Origin: Botryllus schlosseri
Lineage: Eukaryota
Reading direction: 5' to 3'
Assembly (NCBI GenBank): GCA_051294905.1
Contig: CM119372.1
Location: 21,082,001 to 21,146,000 of the forward strand
Length of the DNA: 64,000 bases
The notes beneath the pieces were generated by a model. The model saw nothing but the letters and a program-made list of their open reading frames with translations, ran no database searches and was not told the DNA's origin. The position numbers and the translations under genes are program-made. Position 1 is the stretch's first letter. Each line of letters starts with the position of its first letter. Positions 1-13,868 of this stretch are shown here, one piece after another.

Positions 1-48
1 GGATTAGGCTAGTCGATGCAACCGTTATTTTGTATTTCAGTTTGCTCA

Positions 49-54
49 TTTATT
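49..54 (-). promoter_or_regulatory. Candidate AATAAA polyadenylation signal for the kringle gene
   Basis: AATAAA on the minus strand ~275 nt after the in-frame TAG at 329. Confidence 0.3.
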
Positions 55-328
55 ACGGTATTTAACCTATGAATAAATGCCAAGTTGCACAGGGCTATAC
101 AAATACAGTTCCTACGTAGATTAGCACTTTAGCAGTCTTACATATGAGTGAGTGATGGATCGCCGTTTTATATAGGCCGACATAATGAACTCTGAATTCG
201 TTACTCGATTCATAATAACTGCAGCGCCTGATGCTGTACTTCTATCATCTTTCAAAATGCAGTGACTTCGATCATGCCTCATACTTTGAAAATTCGACTG
301 TACTTGACCTGAATCGTGTCAAAATGTG

Positions 329-470
329 CTAGTAACCTGGACATGGTGATATCTTGCAGTACGCCCACCGCACGTTTGGATTCGTCGTGTAACACCACGG
401 CTTATCTTCAAAGTCGGGATTTCTGCAGTAGTTGTTCATCAATCCCGCTGCAGGAAATTTACCGGGAGTC
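329..470 (-). CDS. Kringle protein exon 3 (C-terminal half: TPGKFPAAGLMNNYCRNPDFEDKPWCYTTNPNVRWAYCKISPC-PGY*)
   Basis: Kringle signature NYCRNPD..PWCYTT..RW.YC. Acceptor TTTCACAG at 471, phase-compatible with exon 2. The exon ends either at TAG 329-331 or at a possible donor CAG|GTTACT at 337. Confidence 0.93.
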
Positions 471-1023
471 CTGTGAAAGATATAAAATGAAAGCATAATA
501 ATTAGGGATCCATGTCTGCAATTTCTGATTCGAATGCACGACATATTCGTTTTTACAGTATGTTAGGCCTAATATTATGCATTTGTGTTAATAATTTCAT
601 CATTAGTGATGTGCAGAATATGTTTATTAATAGTTTTTTCTAATATTCATACTATTCTAATGTCCATACCATTCTCGTGTCCGTGTTCACGTAATCGCCG
701 ACACTTCCAGTAACGTGAACAGCCCAAATCAATCTGGGGCTTACTTGAATTTGATCAGCGAGCAGTGCCATCCGGATGTTGTGCTAGTCACGATGATACA
801 TTTCGTAATGTCGGAAATAATAGTCACCTCAATAATGGCTGAAATTACGCGACCCGGCGACACAATATACCTTTTAAACTATACTTAAGCACCCTTCAGA
901 GCTTTCATTTCTACTTCCACTTGAGCTAGGCTTGCCACGTGTAAGAAATTGCTATAGTTCTACTGGTGATTGAGCAGATATTTACGATTACGTATACTTC
1001 TGCCAGCAACTGACTACTTTAAC

Positions 1024-1095
1024 CATAGCTGGTTTAGTGGTATCATCTCTGCTAACAGCGAGGTAGACCCCGCCTCGATTTCCTGTTGGTTAAAT
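1024..1095 (+). mobile_element. Degenerate tRNA-derived (SINE-head-like) sequence
   Basis: A-box-like TGGTTTAGTGGTA and degenerate B-box-like CCTCGATTTCC at tRNA spacing. No intact cloverleaf. Confidence 0.35.
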
Positions 1096-2275
1096 GAACT
1101 CAGTTTTGTCATCTGATTGGGGCAGCTTCAACATTGTCTTTGAGACTGCGTGACCATGGGCAAACATGCGCCAATGAGCATTTTTTCATTTGCACCTTCA
1201 TGGTTATGTGAACGTGGCTTTTCTGTATATTGACTGGAAATGAATGCTGTAAAGCTTGCAATTGACGACAAAATGCGGGCTGTCATGAATGCAAAGTCGT
1301 TTCAGTCGTATATGATACCTTAAACAAGTAGCGAGGGAGCGATCCTTTTTGAAAGGTTCTATGTGAACGCGAGCGTGAACACGAACACGAACCTATGGCA
1401 TCACGTGAAGTCATATTGCTAGTTCTAGCCCTAAATTTCCGCGAAGTAATATACTAATGTAGCCTACACGATACCTAGCCACGACTCGGGTCACATGATG
1501 CCACTACGGTGCAAGTAAAGCGGACTATTCAAGCATCATGTATCAACTGGAACAATCAAATGCTATAAAAATTCCAAAAAATCGATGTTTTCGTCGGTTT
1601 GCGAACAATTTTGACGAGGAATTGCAAGGGAATATAAGCTTACGTCTTAACGGTCGAGTCTACTAGGCTAGACCGGATAATGTGTTCCTAAGGCATCATA
1701 TAGCTATTGCTACATAATAGGGCAGATTTGGCTTTTATGATAGGCCTTCAGAATATCATATCGAATCAAGATAGTTCCCATACGCCTGCTTTATTTTTTA
1801 CATTACACAACGATGCGTTCTTTATATCAACTTTGTTGATGTAGATCGTTGAGAATTATCAATTATTATTATGATAATTGTTATTGCGGGCCATGCTCAC
1901 AGCAGAGAGTCACTAAATATGAACAAAAGGAAAGCTGAATATTTCGAGCAAACTTTTCTAACAAAGCAAATAAAACTTTTGGAAAGGGCAAGCTGCATGC
2001 TCGTAGAGTGCTAAATTTCTTTTCATGCTGCCAGGGCCATGCAGAATCTTAACTAAAAATATTTTGTTGAATTATAAAATTTGAATATATTAAAAAGGTT
2101 CACACTGCAGAACCTCCCAAAGTTCGTTTGAGAACGCGAACCGCACGTTCACATCACCACCTCTATGAGCAAGCACACCCGTCGCATTCTGTTGTAAGTG
2201 CGACGCGAACGTTATAAAAAAATTTGTGAAGCACTGCATATGCGATGATGCATTGCCAACAGAAATGATACTTAC

Positions 2276-2435
2276 CGGGAGTGTCGATGTGGCGCTTGCG
2301 CGCTCCAATTTTGACAAGGATACCCATCTTCGGTGGTAGATATAAAACCCCTGTAACTCTCTCCGTCGTCTGAGCCGTTGTAACATTCAATCGCGGAAAT
2401 TGCCGTAGCTTCTGTTCTCGACAACGTTGTTTCAG
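2276..2435 (-). CDS. Kringle protein exon 2 (N-terminal half of kringle: CYNGSDDGESYRGFISTTEDGYPCQNWSAQAPHRHSR)
   Basis: Hand translation in a frame missing from the ORF track. Acceptor TTTTATATGTCAG, donor CG|GTAAGT. Canonical kringle motifs CY..G.SYRG..STT..G..CQ.W...PH.H. Confidence 0.93.
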
Positions 2436-3426
2436 CTGACATATAAAATGATACAATGTCTAAAAAAGTGGCACGGTCGCAACTGACTAATCCCCGTCAC
2501 TGACGGATCGTCGTAAACTGAAATTCTGATTGGGGTGTGCCATGTAAGCCATGCAGTGCGAGTCACAACTCTGGTTAGTTTCTTCGTGTTGGAGGTTATT
2601 CTGGCGTTTCATTCTCTGACTTAACTATGAAAGCAGTATTTACAATAAAGCCCAGCTGGATGAATGCGAGCCTAGAAGCCGGCAATGTCATGTGTGTGCG
2701 GCATGTGCGCACTGCGCAGATATCAACTTGTAACTCGAAGTGGAAACGGATGAAGTCGAAATGTTCCAGAATAAAGTTCCGGTATAGAGGCAAATTGACA
2801 TTCACCCCACTAACGCCCTTGATCAAGTTAGAGAAAACAAACAATCATTAGCAGAACTAGAGAACCAGAAGGAACGCCTCTACACTCTTGGAATATTTCA
2901 TTAATGTTCTGTGTTGTTGTTTTCGGTCAGCGGGTCTATATCGATTAGATTAGACGTTTTGCATGACAGCAAATGGTATCCGGGCAAAATAGTGAGTTCT
3001 CGAAATTATTATGATTATTGATGAAAAGGAGACCGTCACTTTTCACCTGTAAGGCCGGCTGCGTCACGGACTAGAATGTGCGGGCGGTATACCAAATTTT
3101 ACAAGAAGTAGTTTCGAGCATTTATCACCCGGGAAGCGCAATTATTGGGATATTTGGTGGGCAAGAACCGATTTACAATTGTGTACCACACGACATAACG
3201 CGAACTCTGCAACATGGGATAACATTTAGTCATTTCTCGAAATCTCGAAATCCATGCTCATGTTCCACTTTGCATATTCGTAGTATCGAGTTTTAAACAT
3301 TTTTACTATAGTCGCGTAGCAACGGCCCCCTTTCAGCTACCTAATTTCAGGAGGATTTCACAGACGTAATTACCATAACAAGTAAAATATTTAGCTAGAT
3401 AAGGTAATATGTATTGAGAACCAAAC

Positions 3427-3505
3427 CTGATGACGTAGATGTCCACAATGACAGGAACACGAATACCACCCGTAGTGATGACAATACCTTATTTCCGTAT
3501 AACAT
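3427..3505 (-). CDS. Kringle protein, first coding exon (signal peptide MLYGNKVLSSLRVVFVFLSLWTSTSS-A)
   Basis: Hand translation. ATG at 3505, hydrophobic core, phase-1 donor CAG|GTTTGG at 3427/3426, upstream acceptor CTGCAG at 3523. Splices in frame to the 2276-2435 exon. Confidence 0.75.
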
Positions 3506-6500
3506 ATTCAATTCGCTTATATCTGCAGGTGGAAAGTCTGATCTCAACACCATTCGAGTTCCAACATCTGTCTAAACGAGAATACCATCTCGAAAATTTT
3601 GAAGCGAAGATGCAGGTCCTATATAGTGCCTCGAGGGCGAAAATTTACCTTCTGAATATTTTGTTTCGAATGACGATTTGTTTTCCAATTCAAGTTGAAT
3701 AGACCGACTGCCCGTGAACATAAGGTATCGAGACAGTAGGCCTACGATACAATTTACAATACTCCCTATGTTCATATTTTAATATATTTTGGACCAGCGA
3801 GGTATGATGTTATATCATAATTTAATGCGTAATACTCTCAAATGTGACTATCCAACTTCCGTTTTTCATTGTTATGTCGCGCTTGACTGCTTCTAACTGT
3901 TTTGTTCAATCGAACAATCGCAACGAATTGTGAAATGTTATGCGGTAGGCAGTGACGTGCGATCAGTGGAGGCAAGTGAGGCAGTGCCTCACCTCTCACC
4001 AGGACGAGTAGAAGAATATTGTGAAAACCTTCAATGAATGCAATCAAAAATTATTGATATTTACCGTCGATGTTCATGAATAACTAAATTTGAACATTTG
4101 TTCACCCAGCAATAGCAATTTTCATGTTTATTGTTTAAAAGTGTACAGCGCGAAAGGAGAGCTGGGACACAGGTGAGGCACGGACGAGTTGTGCCTCACC
4201 TGCGATAATGCAATTCATCATAAACAGCTCTGAATTTATAATAACTAGTATCGATCAAATGCTATTGTCGCACTGACAATAGTCAGGTGAGGCAGAGACG
4301 AATCTACATCCCTTACTATTCGCAAAGAATTGAATATAATCGCAGCACAGGGAAACGGTTACATACAAATACCAAAAATGGTATTACCGAGATCGAACAT
4401 TTTTTTACCTAAAAAACTGACGATTTTGACCTAAAAATTCAAACTTTTGACATTTTTTCTTGATAACTTAATTTTGACAAAATTTTGACCTCTCATATGC
4501 AAATTAGGTGTTTTCGCACAGTATGTTAGAATTGTACTACTTCATTTCTGGTTGAACCTGTCTGTACTTTTGGCCTGAAAAAAACTTTCTTGACATAAAA
4601 ACTTTATTTTGACGTAATCTGGCCCTATGAAGAATTCCAGTAGTTACATCACGTATTATGGTAGAAGTGATTAAAAAATTTTGTAGTACAACGAAGGATA
4701 CTTTACTACATTCTCCGGTCTACAGTCTTGCTTCAGTTAGGATGTTGCGGTACGTTGACCATAACACCATGTCAACCTATTCGTTTCATTTGACCGTTAT
4801 TGATTCACAATGAGCAGAAAATGGGACGTCTACAACGGTAGGCCTATAAAGTAGGTCATAGGCTGTAAAATATCAAATTAAAGTTCACCGACAGTGCAAA
4901 CATCTACGATACAAACGAAATGCAGGTTGCAAAAAATTGGCTTTGTAAACAATGTTGACACATTTTTGACCTGACGCTGTATTTATGACGAAATTTTGAC
5001 ATGTCGAAAAATCATCCTAGTTATGACACGTAATGTTATGAAAATACCGATAATGGACATTACCGAGAATCATAAGCGTAGCTAGGGTTGCATTTAAAAC
5101 ATATGGTTGTTTAAAACACTTTGTCCTTTTTAAAAAAAAATGTGTTCTTTTAAGTAGTATTATTATGCCATAATTGTGTAAATACTTTCCAAAAACATGA
5201 GGTATGAGTATACGGACGACGATTTTCAACCGATATAGCCGACGTATGTACGATATAGGATTGTTGGACCACTCGAAACAGTCGGTTCAACAGCTATAGT
5301 ACGTAGATATAGATCACTGGTACGGAATGAATGTTCTGATGATGATGATGAACACCGACCGTAAAAAATGCTGCAAGACGATGTAGTCCTGGTTAAAGAT
5401 ATTTTGGTACGTATATGACCGAGGGTGGAAGCCTATTTCGTCAAAGGAGCTATATTTACCCTATATCAATCTACTATGACGTCACAAATGAACATGCATG
5501 ACCTCGTGGCTTAGAAAATAAAAATAAAAACACATGTTTTAAACGAAGGACTTGTTTTAATCATGTTTGTTTTAATTTGATTTTTGTTTGAAACACAACT
5601 CTGGGCGTAGCCAAACGGGGGCCATGCCCGCTCCCTTAAACAAAACAAAAATAGGAGTGTTGTTGGGCAGATTAATAATATTATAAGTAAAATTCGCGAT
5701 AGTGGCGCTTATCACAGCACAGGTTTTGTGCGCCACTTCTATACTGGTTATTACAATGAATTTGCATTATCCAAATATATACAGCATCGCTCAGTACTAT
5801 ATTGGCATACCAACATGCACATTCAATATACGGAGCTAGCCGACACTATACAATATACAAACATTTGGTTATACAAATAATGAATGTACATGTACTAGCT
5901 AAACTATATAAATCGTCCCGAAGATATCACGAATCGTTGTACGCGCCTCCCGATAAATTAACACGAAAACGTGGCCCGAATAAAAATACGCATGATGTAC
6001 AGAATTGAATATAACTGTATTGTTGTGTGCTGTCTGCGGTTGCAGGAGAATTAGGCACCAGCTAATCAGTTCCAAAAACACACACCAAGGCAGAAAAAGT
6101 TTCAGCCATCACGAAGTGCGATCCTAGATCCTAGCCTTGGCCAAAGAACACGTCGGATGTCCCTGTCCTTGCAATCTGAGTCGCGCGGTACAAATGCGAC
6201 CAGCAGAGGGAAATGTTAGTCCCAGTGAATAAATACAGTTGAGAATCGTGCTCGTCGCACCAAAGGATTTTCACTTTTAATTTGTATTGGAGCATGTGAC
6301 CTTTCTTTTGAATGTATGTTTCTGTAAGATTACAAAATAACAGCATGTTCAACAAAGTAATTAATGACGCTGACGCCTTACGCTCGCCCTCGAGAAACTC
6401 ATGATTAGCCTTATCGTGCGGCAGGATCATATGCTGTAAGATGTATGATTTGGTGCCCTCTAAATCTTTGATGACACCGCTTCTATCAACTCTAACGGTA

Positions 6501-6539
6501 AATGTGATAATGATAATGCATATGCAATATGCAAGTAAC

Positions 6540-6715
6540 CAGAGGTGGTCAAAGTAGTCAAGAAAGCTACTCAAGTAGATGTAGAAGTAGCGACGAAAAA
6601 ATCTACTCAAGTACGAGTAGAAGTACTTCTTCCATAAGCAACCTAAAACTACTTGAAGTAGAAGTAGAATTGACTGACATTAAATCTACTCAAGTAAGTA
6701 AGTAAGTAAGTAGTT
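6540..6715. repeat. TACTCAAGTA/AAGTAG-rich transposon end starting CAGAGGTGG
   Basis: Iterated TACTCAAGTAG motifs and (AAGT)n. A related CAGAGGTGG...AAGTAG segment lies at ~23109-23250. Confidence 0.5.
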
Positions 6716-9700
6716 GTGAAAACGATCGTAATTCGTTCGCATGGATTGTCAAAAGGTACTAATTGAGCTATGCGGAAGGTGCCGAGCTTGATTCATATTA
6801 ATGCATACCAGGAGGTATCCAATTTTCGACAGCATAAGCAGTCGTCCGCATCATGGGATGAAAATGATAGTATAGATATGGAAATACGATACTAATCCTC
6901 TGTTCACTTGAACAGCACGTTTTAGAAAATATCATGGTATGGCGCACTCCCCCATATTATAAGACCGGTAGTTTAGTCGAAGAGCAATACCGAGAAGTTG
7001 TATAGGATACGGTGTAAACACTATGCGCGATTAGTGAACGTAAGAAATATGGTGGATATTGTGTAGCTTTATTTCCGGAAATTAAAGGCATTATACACTT
7101 TCTTTTATACTTCAACATGTAGCCTATGTTTTCCATACAAAAGAACTGATATTAATTAGAACTCCAAGTACATGATACTGGGAATTGAAAGTGAAATATA
7201 AATACTACTTCTAAAAGCGGAAAATGTATTTTTTGTCTTTAGTCCAGAAATTTTTAAAGGTGGTATGCTAAAAGAGCTCTAAAACTAAAAAAATAGTAGG
7301 AGTCTACTTTTCCAGATTAGGACACGCCACGAACTGCTAGATTACGATACGATAAGTAAATGCTAGATTGGTAAACGTCAGTTTCAAACGTCATGATGAA
7401 GTACTTCGTTACCAATTTTAGTCAAACGTAAGACCTTGGTAGCTTCCACACCCCCACAATTTCATTCAATTGCTTCTAAAAGAATTCGCGTGAAAGTTAT
7501 ACCGCGGCTATTTTCAATTACATTAGTATTATAACATAACATTGTGTGTGTATAGTAGTGTATTAAATGTCTGTGTATTCATAGGCGCCGACTTACGAGA
7601 TTACGAGGTGGCGGCCACCTCGTACGAAATGCTCAAACGCCTAAGTGATTTGTGACCAGTAATTAGTAATCAGACGAATCGATGCGACCTCGTTAGAAAC
7701 GTCTTCGATTTTGATGCGCGCGTGTGCCAGGCCCGTAGCCACGGGGGATTCGGGGGTCGAACTTCCCTATTTGAATCGCGAAACCCCGTAATTTTGAAAT
7801 GATCATTTTAACTCTAATATTCAGTGGCCATTCAATAATTGTGTTATCAGTGTTCCGTGCGGCTGATTTGCGAGAAACGTGTTGTCAATTAGCGAGAAGA
7901 GTATGTGATGATCTCCCGCTGAGATTGTCGCGGAATCAGCTGGTTATTCATTCCTTGCGCGTGGCAATCGTCGCTAGTCTGATTTATCGCGTCTCAAACA
8001 AGCCTGGTTCCACAGGCTTGAACAATCGCATCTGCAAAGGCCCAGCTCACACTATATCATCGCTTGCCTGCGCAATCGTATCTGCCTTGACGGCTTTGGC
8101 CTGGTGCGCATATGCACGATACGATATCATCGCTGGCCTACACAATAGCATCTGCCATAGGCCTGGTGTGAAAGGTATCATTGCTGGCCTAACTATCGGG
8201 TCTCGGGCCTAGCATGTTTCGGCTCCTATCTCTCGCTGGTTTGGAGACAATGCGGTCGAGTTTACTCTAATTAGTGATTGTTTTATGTCATATTGATTAA
8301 AAGGCGTCATCGCGAAACTGAATAACATCGAATCGCTGCAAACAGACTTTAACGTGCGTAATTGATTCCCGCTCATTCTTGAACGTAACGATCAGAAGAT
8401 GTGTATAATAGCTCGAGTTTTGAAAGACGACAAAGGTTTGAAATCGGTGCCATAAAGTTCGGACATTTTGATTTGCGAAAACTGTCGCCGAGACTGCGTA
8501 ATACGCGCGCATTTTTAATTGTTCACCAGAGATCAGGGACTCGCTAATTGACAGCACCCCCGGACTCTTTGGCAAGCTTATCACACGCCTAAAATCGTCA
8601 ATACGAAGATATTATATTGCCGCCATTTACACATGTACTTGACCCGTATTGAATTGATGCTATATTGGTGAATTTGAAAACAAAAATCCAAATCCCCCTA
8701 ATTTTACGACTGGCAACGCGCCTAGCGTGTGCTGAGAAGCACCATCCTACATCTCTCCCGACCAGGCGCCCAAATATACGTTCTGCTTTTCTGAAATCTA
8801 GATTATGTGCGCCCATATTCGTTTTCAAAACCAATAATGAGGTAGCTAGCTTCGTGATAGTCTTGGTAATCGGAACGCGAAATGGGAGGTGTGTGCCTGC
8901 AAATTGGAATTCATTTCTGCGCAGATTCGTTTCTCTAAGAAGGCTTTGCCAGTGACATTAATCAGGAAATGCAGCAATGCAGCTTAAACACCGATATAAT
9001 AAGAAAACAATTGTAGCAACAAAAGCTACTCAATACGGTGTCAGACTCAAAACCCATTCGTGGCGACACTGATCAGAATGCACGCTTTCTCATTTGCCAT
9101 CATCCATATTTATTGTTATCTACTTGATACATTCGTACTCCGAAATTGTCGCACAAAGTCATTTTTCAGTGTTCCTTTCCTCAATAACGTGCAGTAGGTC
9201 ATTTCATATGCCATTGTCAAATATTGATGCATCACAAGATTCTGGGTGGCACAAATTCTGATTTTATTCGAGTCGTTTAAACAGGGAACCTTCTACATTC
9301 CAATATACTTGATTGCTGGGTGTACTCGTATCCAGGACAACAATATCGAATATTAAACTATTAGGCATTAGATAGACATTGGATTTCTATTGATAAGATC
9401 GCGTCATGCGCCCGGCAGTGGAATTAATTCTAGCTCAGGAGTGGCCAACCTGCAGCCGTAGAAGGAAATTTGTGCGGCCGTCAACACGTACTACCGAAAT
9501 ACGTAAATCGGGAAATGCACCAATGCGGCGCAAATCGCCGTCTTTATCAGCAAACAATATCCTCGATGCGAGTTGGTCAACGCGAAGAAAGAAACTGCAA
9601 GAGACAATGACTGATTGGCTGCGCGATTTCGCGTTTGTAATCATCATTATTGTCCGCTTGAAGTTTTCAAGAGTTGTCATGTGTTACTTGGAAGGCCAGT

Positions 9701-10187
9701 GCGTTGTGTATTTTGTTACTCGCATGGCGCATTGCGCGTGAATAACGTTGATGCAACTGCAGATTCTCAGTGACATAAATTCTGATTTTTGGTCCATGCA
9801 TTCCGTCGGACGGACTGGTAGCGCAGGCCGCAGTTACACTTTCGAATGATCGTACCGTTTTAAGATTCCATTTAATAACTCGACTGCATGGTTTGATATT
9901 AATGAGTGCGGGGCCGATATTGAAACGTCCCGCGAATGGTTTAACCATAGTGTCCTATATAGTGTCGACACAAGCAAATCTCACGGCTCAGTGAAATTGT
10001 TCACGTCACAATTTCCATTTGGCTACAGGCAATTTGACGGTCATATTTGACCAGCTTGCCGAGCATTAAATTTGGTAAAACGGGTATCAATCGAAAGCTG
10101 ACTCTGCACTGATGACGAAAATATAAATTTTATTCCGCTCGTGGCCCTGGAACTCCCACAATCAGCCTCGAATTTTTCATTGTTATG

Positions 10188-10284
10188 GAGATTGGCATTG
10201 GGACGCAACAATGCTGTCTGGCGAAACGAGAGAGTAACTCTCTCGTTTCGCCAGACAGCATTGTTGCGTCCCAATGCCAATCTC
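10188..10284. repeat. Perfect 97-bp palindrome (48-bp arms, 1-nt centre)
   Basis: 10188-10235 is the exact reverse complement of 10237-10284. Confidence 0.97.
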
Positions 10285-10374
10285 TCTCTCCCAGCGGGGA
10301 GTCGCCATAGCCCATGGAAGACAAATACTCATATTGGCTACTGGAAACTCTGCTCCGCGGAGATCCCTTGCGGT

Positions 10375-12316
10375 CAGGGCATGGTATGGTATGGAATGGA
10401 ATGAGAATCTTCCATACTCCATACCCGCCCAATCGTTCCATACCATACTTGACAATTTTCCATACCATAGCAACATTCTTCCATACCATATTTGATACTT
10501 TTTCCATACTTTCGCAACTTGACCAACCTCTCAAGGGATATTCTATTTTTGATGTGTGGAAATGTTCCGATGTATATATGCTAATTACTTTGGATGAGAT
10601 TACCAATTTAAACAGCCCCGTTGCACCAATGATATCCCCGGTTTCTTTAGATCATATGTCGTCAGCGATGTAGGAAAGTATATAGTCCTATACACACACG
10701 GGATTATTTGGAAATCACAACAGAATCTCACGACATGTAAATCTAGCGCGGTACCGTACCGCCAGCAGTAACCTCATCTACAGAATTACATAAAACAAAG
10801 GTGTTGTCAAATTATAGTATAGGTTCCGAAACTTCGCCTCTCCAATAAAATTTGGTAAGACTTTCCTTTGTAGAGACTTGCTATTGGCGAAAGTTAGGAC
10901 CCTCAGAATGGAACAGCACGCAATAAAATAATGAGTAGTGAACTGGTAACCCTACACGCAATGCTGCATGTTGCATATTGCATGGGTCAGATAAACTTCC
11001 TGGTGTTGACGAACTTTTATGCGTGGGCTATGGTAGATATAAGCCAATATAACCTACACTGTCACGCGCTACTATAACTTGAGCAGTAAGAGATATGTCA
11101 TTTCATCATTAACGAGTCCGACTATGCTATCAATTAGCGATTCCACGATCTCCCGTGAGTACATATTCATATACATATGAACTTTTATTTTAACGAATCA
11201 GATGATTTCAGTCACACCATTTCGCATACGAATGAATAACAACCTATATATGAGAGAGTTAGCGTGCCACTGTCCAATCGATTCTCGCTAATTGAAGGCA
11301 GTGATAATACGAATTGCTGAATTGCAAATGAGCGAAGAAATATTTGAGATATATACGATCAGCATTTCATACGGACGTTTAATAAACGAAGTTAATAATG
11401 TAAAGAATATGTTTTCCAAGTGAGTCTATTCCCAACCAGAGGGTCCTAAATTCCCCACAATTGGGGTATCCCTACCGGTTGGAAACACCTGCATTAGAAT
11501 ATATCTTTAAGTATGATTTTACATCACTACAATCATTTTGCGACAGCTAATCAAAGGTACATTTTCCCGCCAATCAGTGGGTCATCCTCGTTAGTTTTAT
11601 TAGCCAACATCAAGGTGTCCGCTGTCCATTATCAGACATAACAAGGTTTCATGAAGTTACAATGCGTGTTATAGGCCGGCATATCGTAACATCGCTCCAA
11701 GACAAGCTACATATATATTTGAATTACAATGATGGTAATGTCAAATATATATTGCGTGATGGTCATCCTACCCAAGCGCAGAAGATTATTTCCAAGTTCA
11801 ACAAATTGATAAAAATATTCATGTAATTTCTAAATTCTCAGAGTCTACAATTTAAAAACTACATTGGTTATTTACGTAGTGGAAGTTACGATTAGCGAAA
11901 TGCAATGGTAACGCGATAGCGGTCGAATATCATTCATTTTTATGATAGTGAAATCGGAATAATTATCAATAATATTATTTTCATTCATATGTGGATGTGC
12001 GTCGCGAAACTTAGTTGTCTTCAAATAGATGTTGACCGGAATGGGTGAGTCATGAATCACAATTTGAGATATGAACATAACATAGACAGTGAGCGATTTT
12101 GTGTGATATGCAAATCAATTTGACAAAACGAAAGTAGGATTATTGTCATGGTTCTGGCAAAACTGTTAAAGTATGGAAAAAGTATGGAAGTATGGAAAAC
12201 ACATTCCATACCGTACCTGGGAAATTTCCATACCATACCATACTTGCACTCTTCCATATTCCATACCGAAATTTCGTTCCATACCATACTTCCATACCAT
12301 ACCATACCGTGCCCTG
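10375..12316. mobile_element. Non-autonomous hAT element with CCATA-rich subterminal repeats
   Basis: TIR CAGGGCA(T/C)GGTATGGTATGG at both ends. Perfect 8-bp TSD CTTGCGGT (10367-10374 and 12317-12324). Confidence 0.92.
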
Positions 12317-13658
12317 CTTGCGGTGTTCTGTGCCTTCACTAATTTCTTGAGATATGTCTTGCGAAAATTTTCTACTTGTAGGAGCAAAACATCCCAGCAC
12401 GCTTAAAATATCTGATATATGTACTAAAATCGCGAGCATAAATATCAGAAAAAGATACTAGAATTACGTGTGCATAATCGTGCGGAGCGCGGAAATTATG
12501 TCCTTTGAATGGATTTGGAGGATAATGTTGGTAGTTTCACATATGACTGTAAAAAATATATTAATTTTCCAGGCACGTGATTAAATGAACCCGTACAGCT
12601 GATGGAGGTGTGTCTTCGAAAATTTTGGGCACAAAATTAATGTTGATGCATGTTCCGATTTTCATTAATCACTTTGTTGCATGTTATTATTTCTTGACCC
12701 CCCCCCCATCAGGATTGCTTGTATTGTTATTATTATTACACATCAATGACAATGGTGCTAATCGCCTGTTTAGGATTTGTGCTCCACGACAGTGCATATC
12801 CTAAAGTTCCTTATCTTTTCTTTATGTAATGAAGACGACTTTTGCTTGCTTGCGCACTCCCACTCTTCATTCTCTCTCGCTTACGTGCGTCCACTTTCAG
12901 GACGGTGCTGCCGACTTCGGAGCTCAGATCACTCTTCTTCTAGTCTTTCCAAGACGCGCTTTCAAGACGCTGCGTTAACAGCGGGGTCGACGATGAGGAG
13001 CCAGATAAACCTCCGACACATAGAACATGGCGAACTCGAGACTCGAACCAGTAACAATTGGTTAATGACGTCCGCCAACACGCACTAATTTGAATATCTG
13101 TAGACGGTCGCATAATAGTGGTTTTATGGCTGAATGTGGCCGTGGCCGTACATTCGCAGGTTGAGCCCCCCTGGCCTAATCGTAATAAGGATGAACATTT
13201 GAGCAAGGCTGCAACGTATAGCAAATGCAATATACGAATCAGGGCTCGAGGTTACCGGACCACCATCGAACACAGTGGTTCGCGAACTGGACCCCTGGCT
13301 GCGCGTGCGCGATCATGTATTCTGCGCTATTTGTAGGCTTGATGCAGGAAGTACCATTTCAAAATGTCTGAGCTATAGCGGTGGTCTTCGAGAAAATCAT
13401 TATAGACATATATCGCAAGCTGAACACATGCTAACTCTACCCCGTTCTACTCTTAAACGAACTAATAAGTTCATTACCAAAGGTTAAATAATGAGAAACA
13501 TTTGTCTATGGCATTACAGAAGGAATATAATTTACAAGCTGCATACAGTTGGAATCAACATTAACATATTGCACATCCAGTCAACCTGTTCTGAACACTG
13601 AGCTATATAAACACTGGAGGGCGCTACTCGCGATATTTACGTTGTCACTAGAAACAGT

Positions 13659-13868
13659 TGCATTGTGGGTAGTAGGCTGGACGATTTAGTACAGGAGCTT
13701 ATGGAAAAACGTCCAGTTTTAAAATATATTTGATTCGTATTGGGTTTGTAGTATTTTATACGAATGGAGCTTTGAATGAATAATCATCGTAACATTCAGG
13801 ATTTGTTTCAGCCCAATATCTCGTGTTTATATCTGTGTTATCTGTGTATTTCGAAATGTCGAAGATAT
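13659..13868. repeat. ~210-bp interspersed repeat, inverted partner of 19478-19663 + 24054-24100
   Basis: Near-identical reverse-complement match. The partner copy is split by the P element. Confidence 0.85.

Noticed and set aside
1024..1095. Functional tRNA gene
   Set aside because: The B box/T-loop is degenerate and the stems do not pair. At most a SINE relic.
6131..6610. 159-aa minus-strand ORF
   Set aside because: Starts at TTG inside a simple repeat and has no recognisable domain.
10130..12439. Cluster of ORFs rich in W/Y/G/M or H/T/I/P
   Set aside because: These are translations of CCATA subterminal repeats and of the palindrome.
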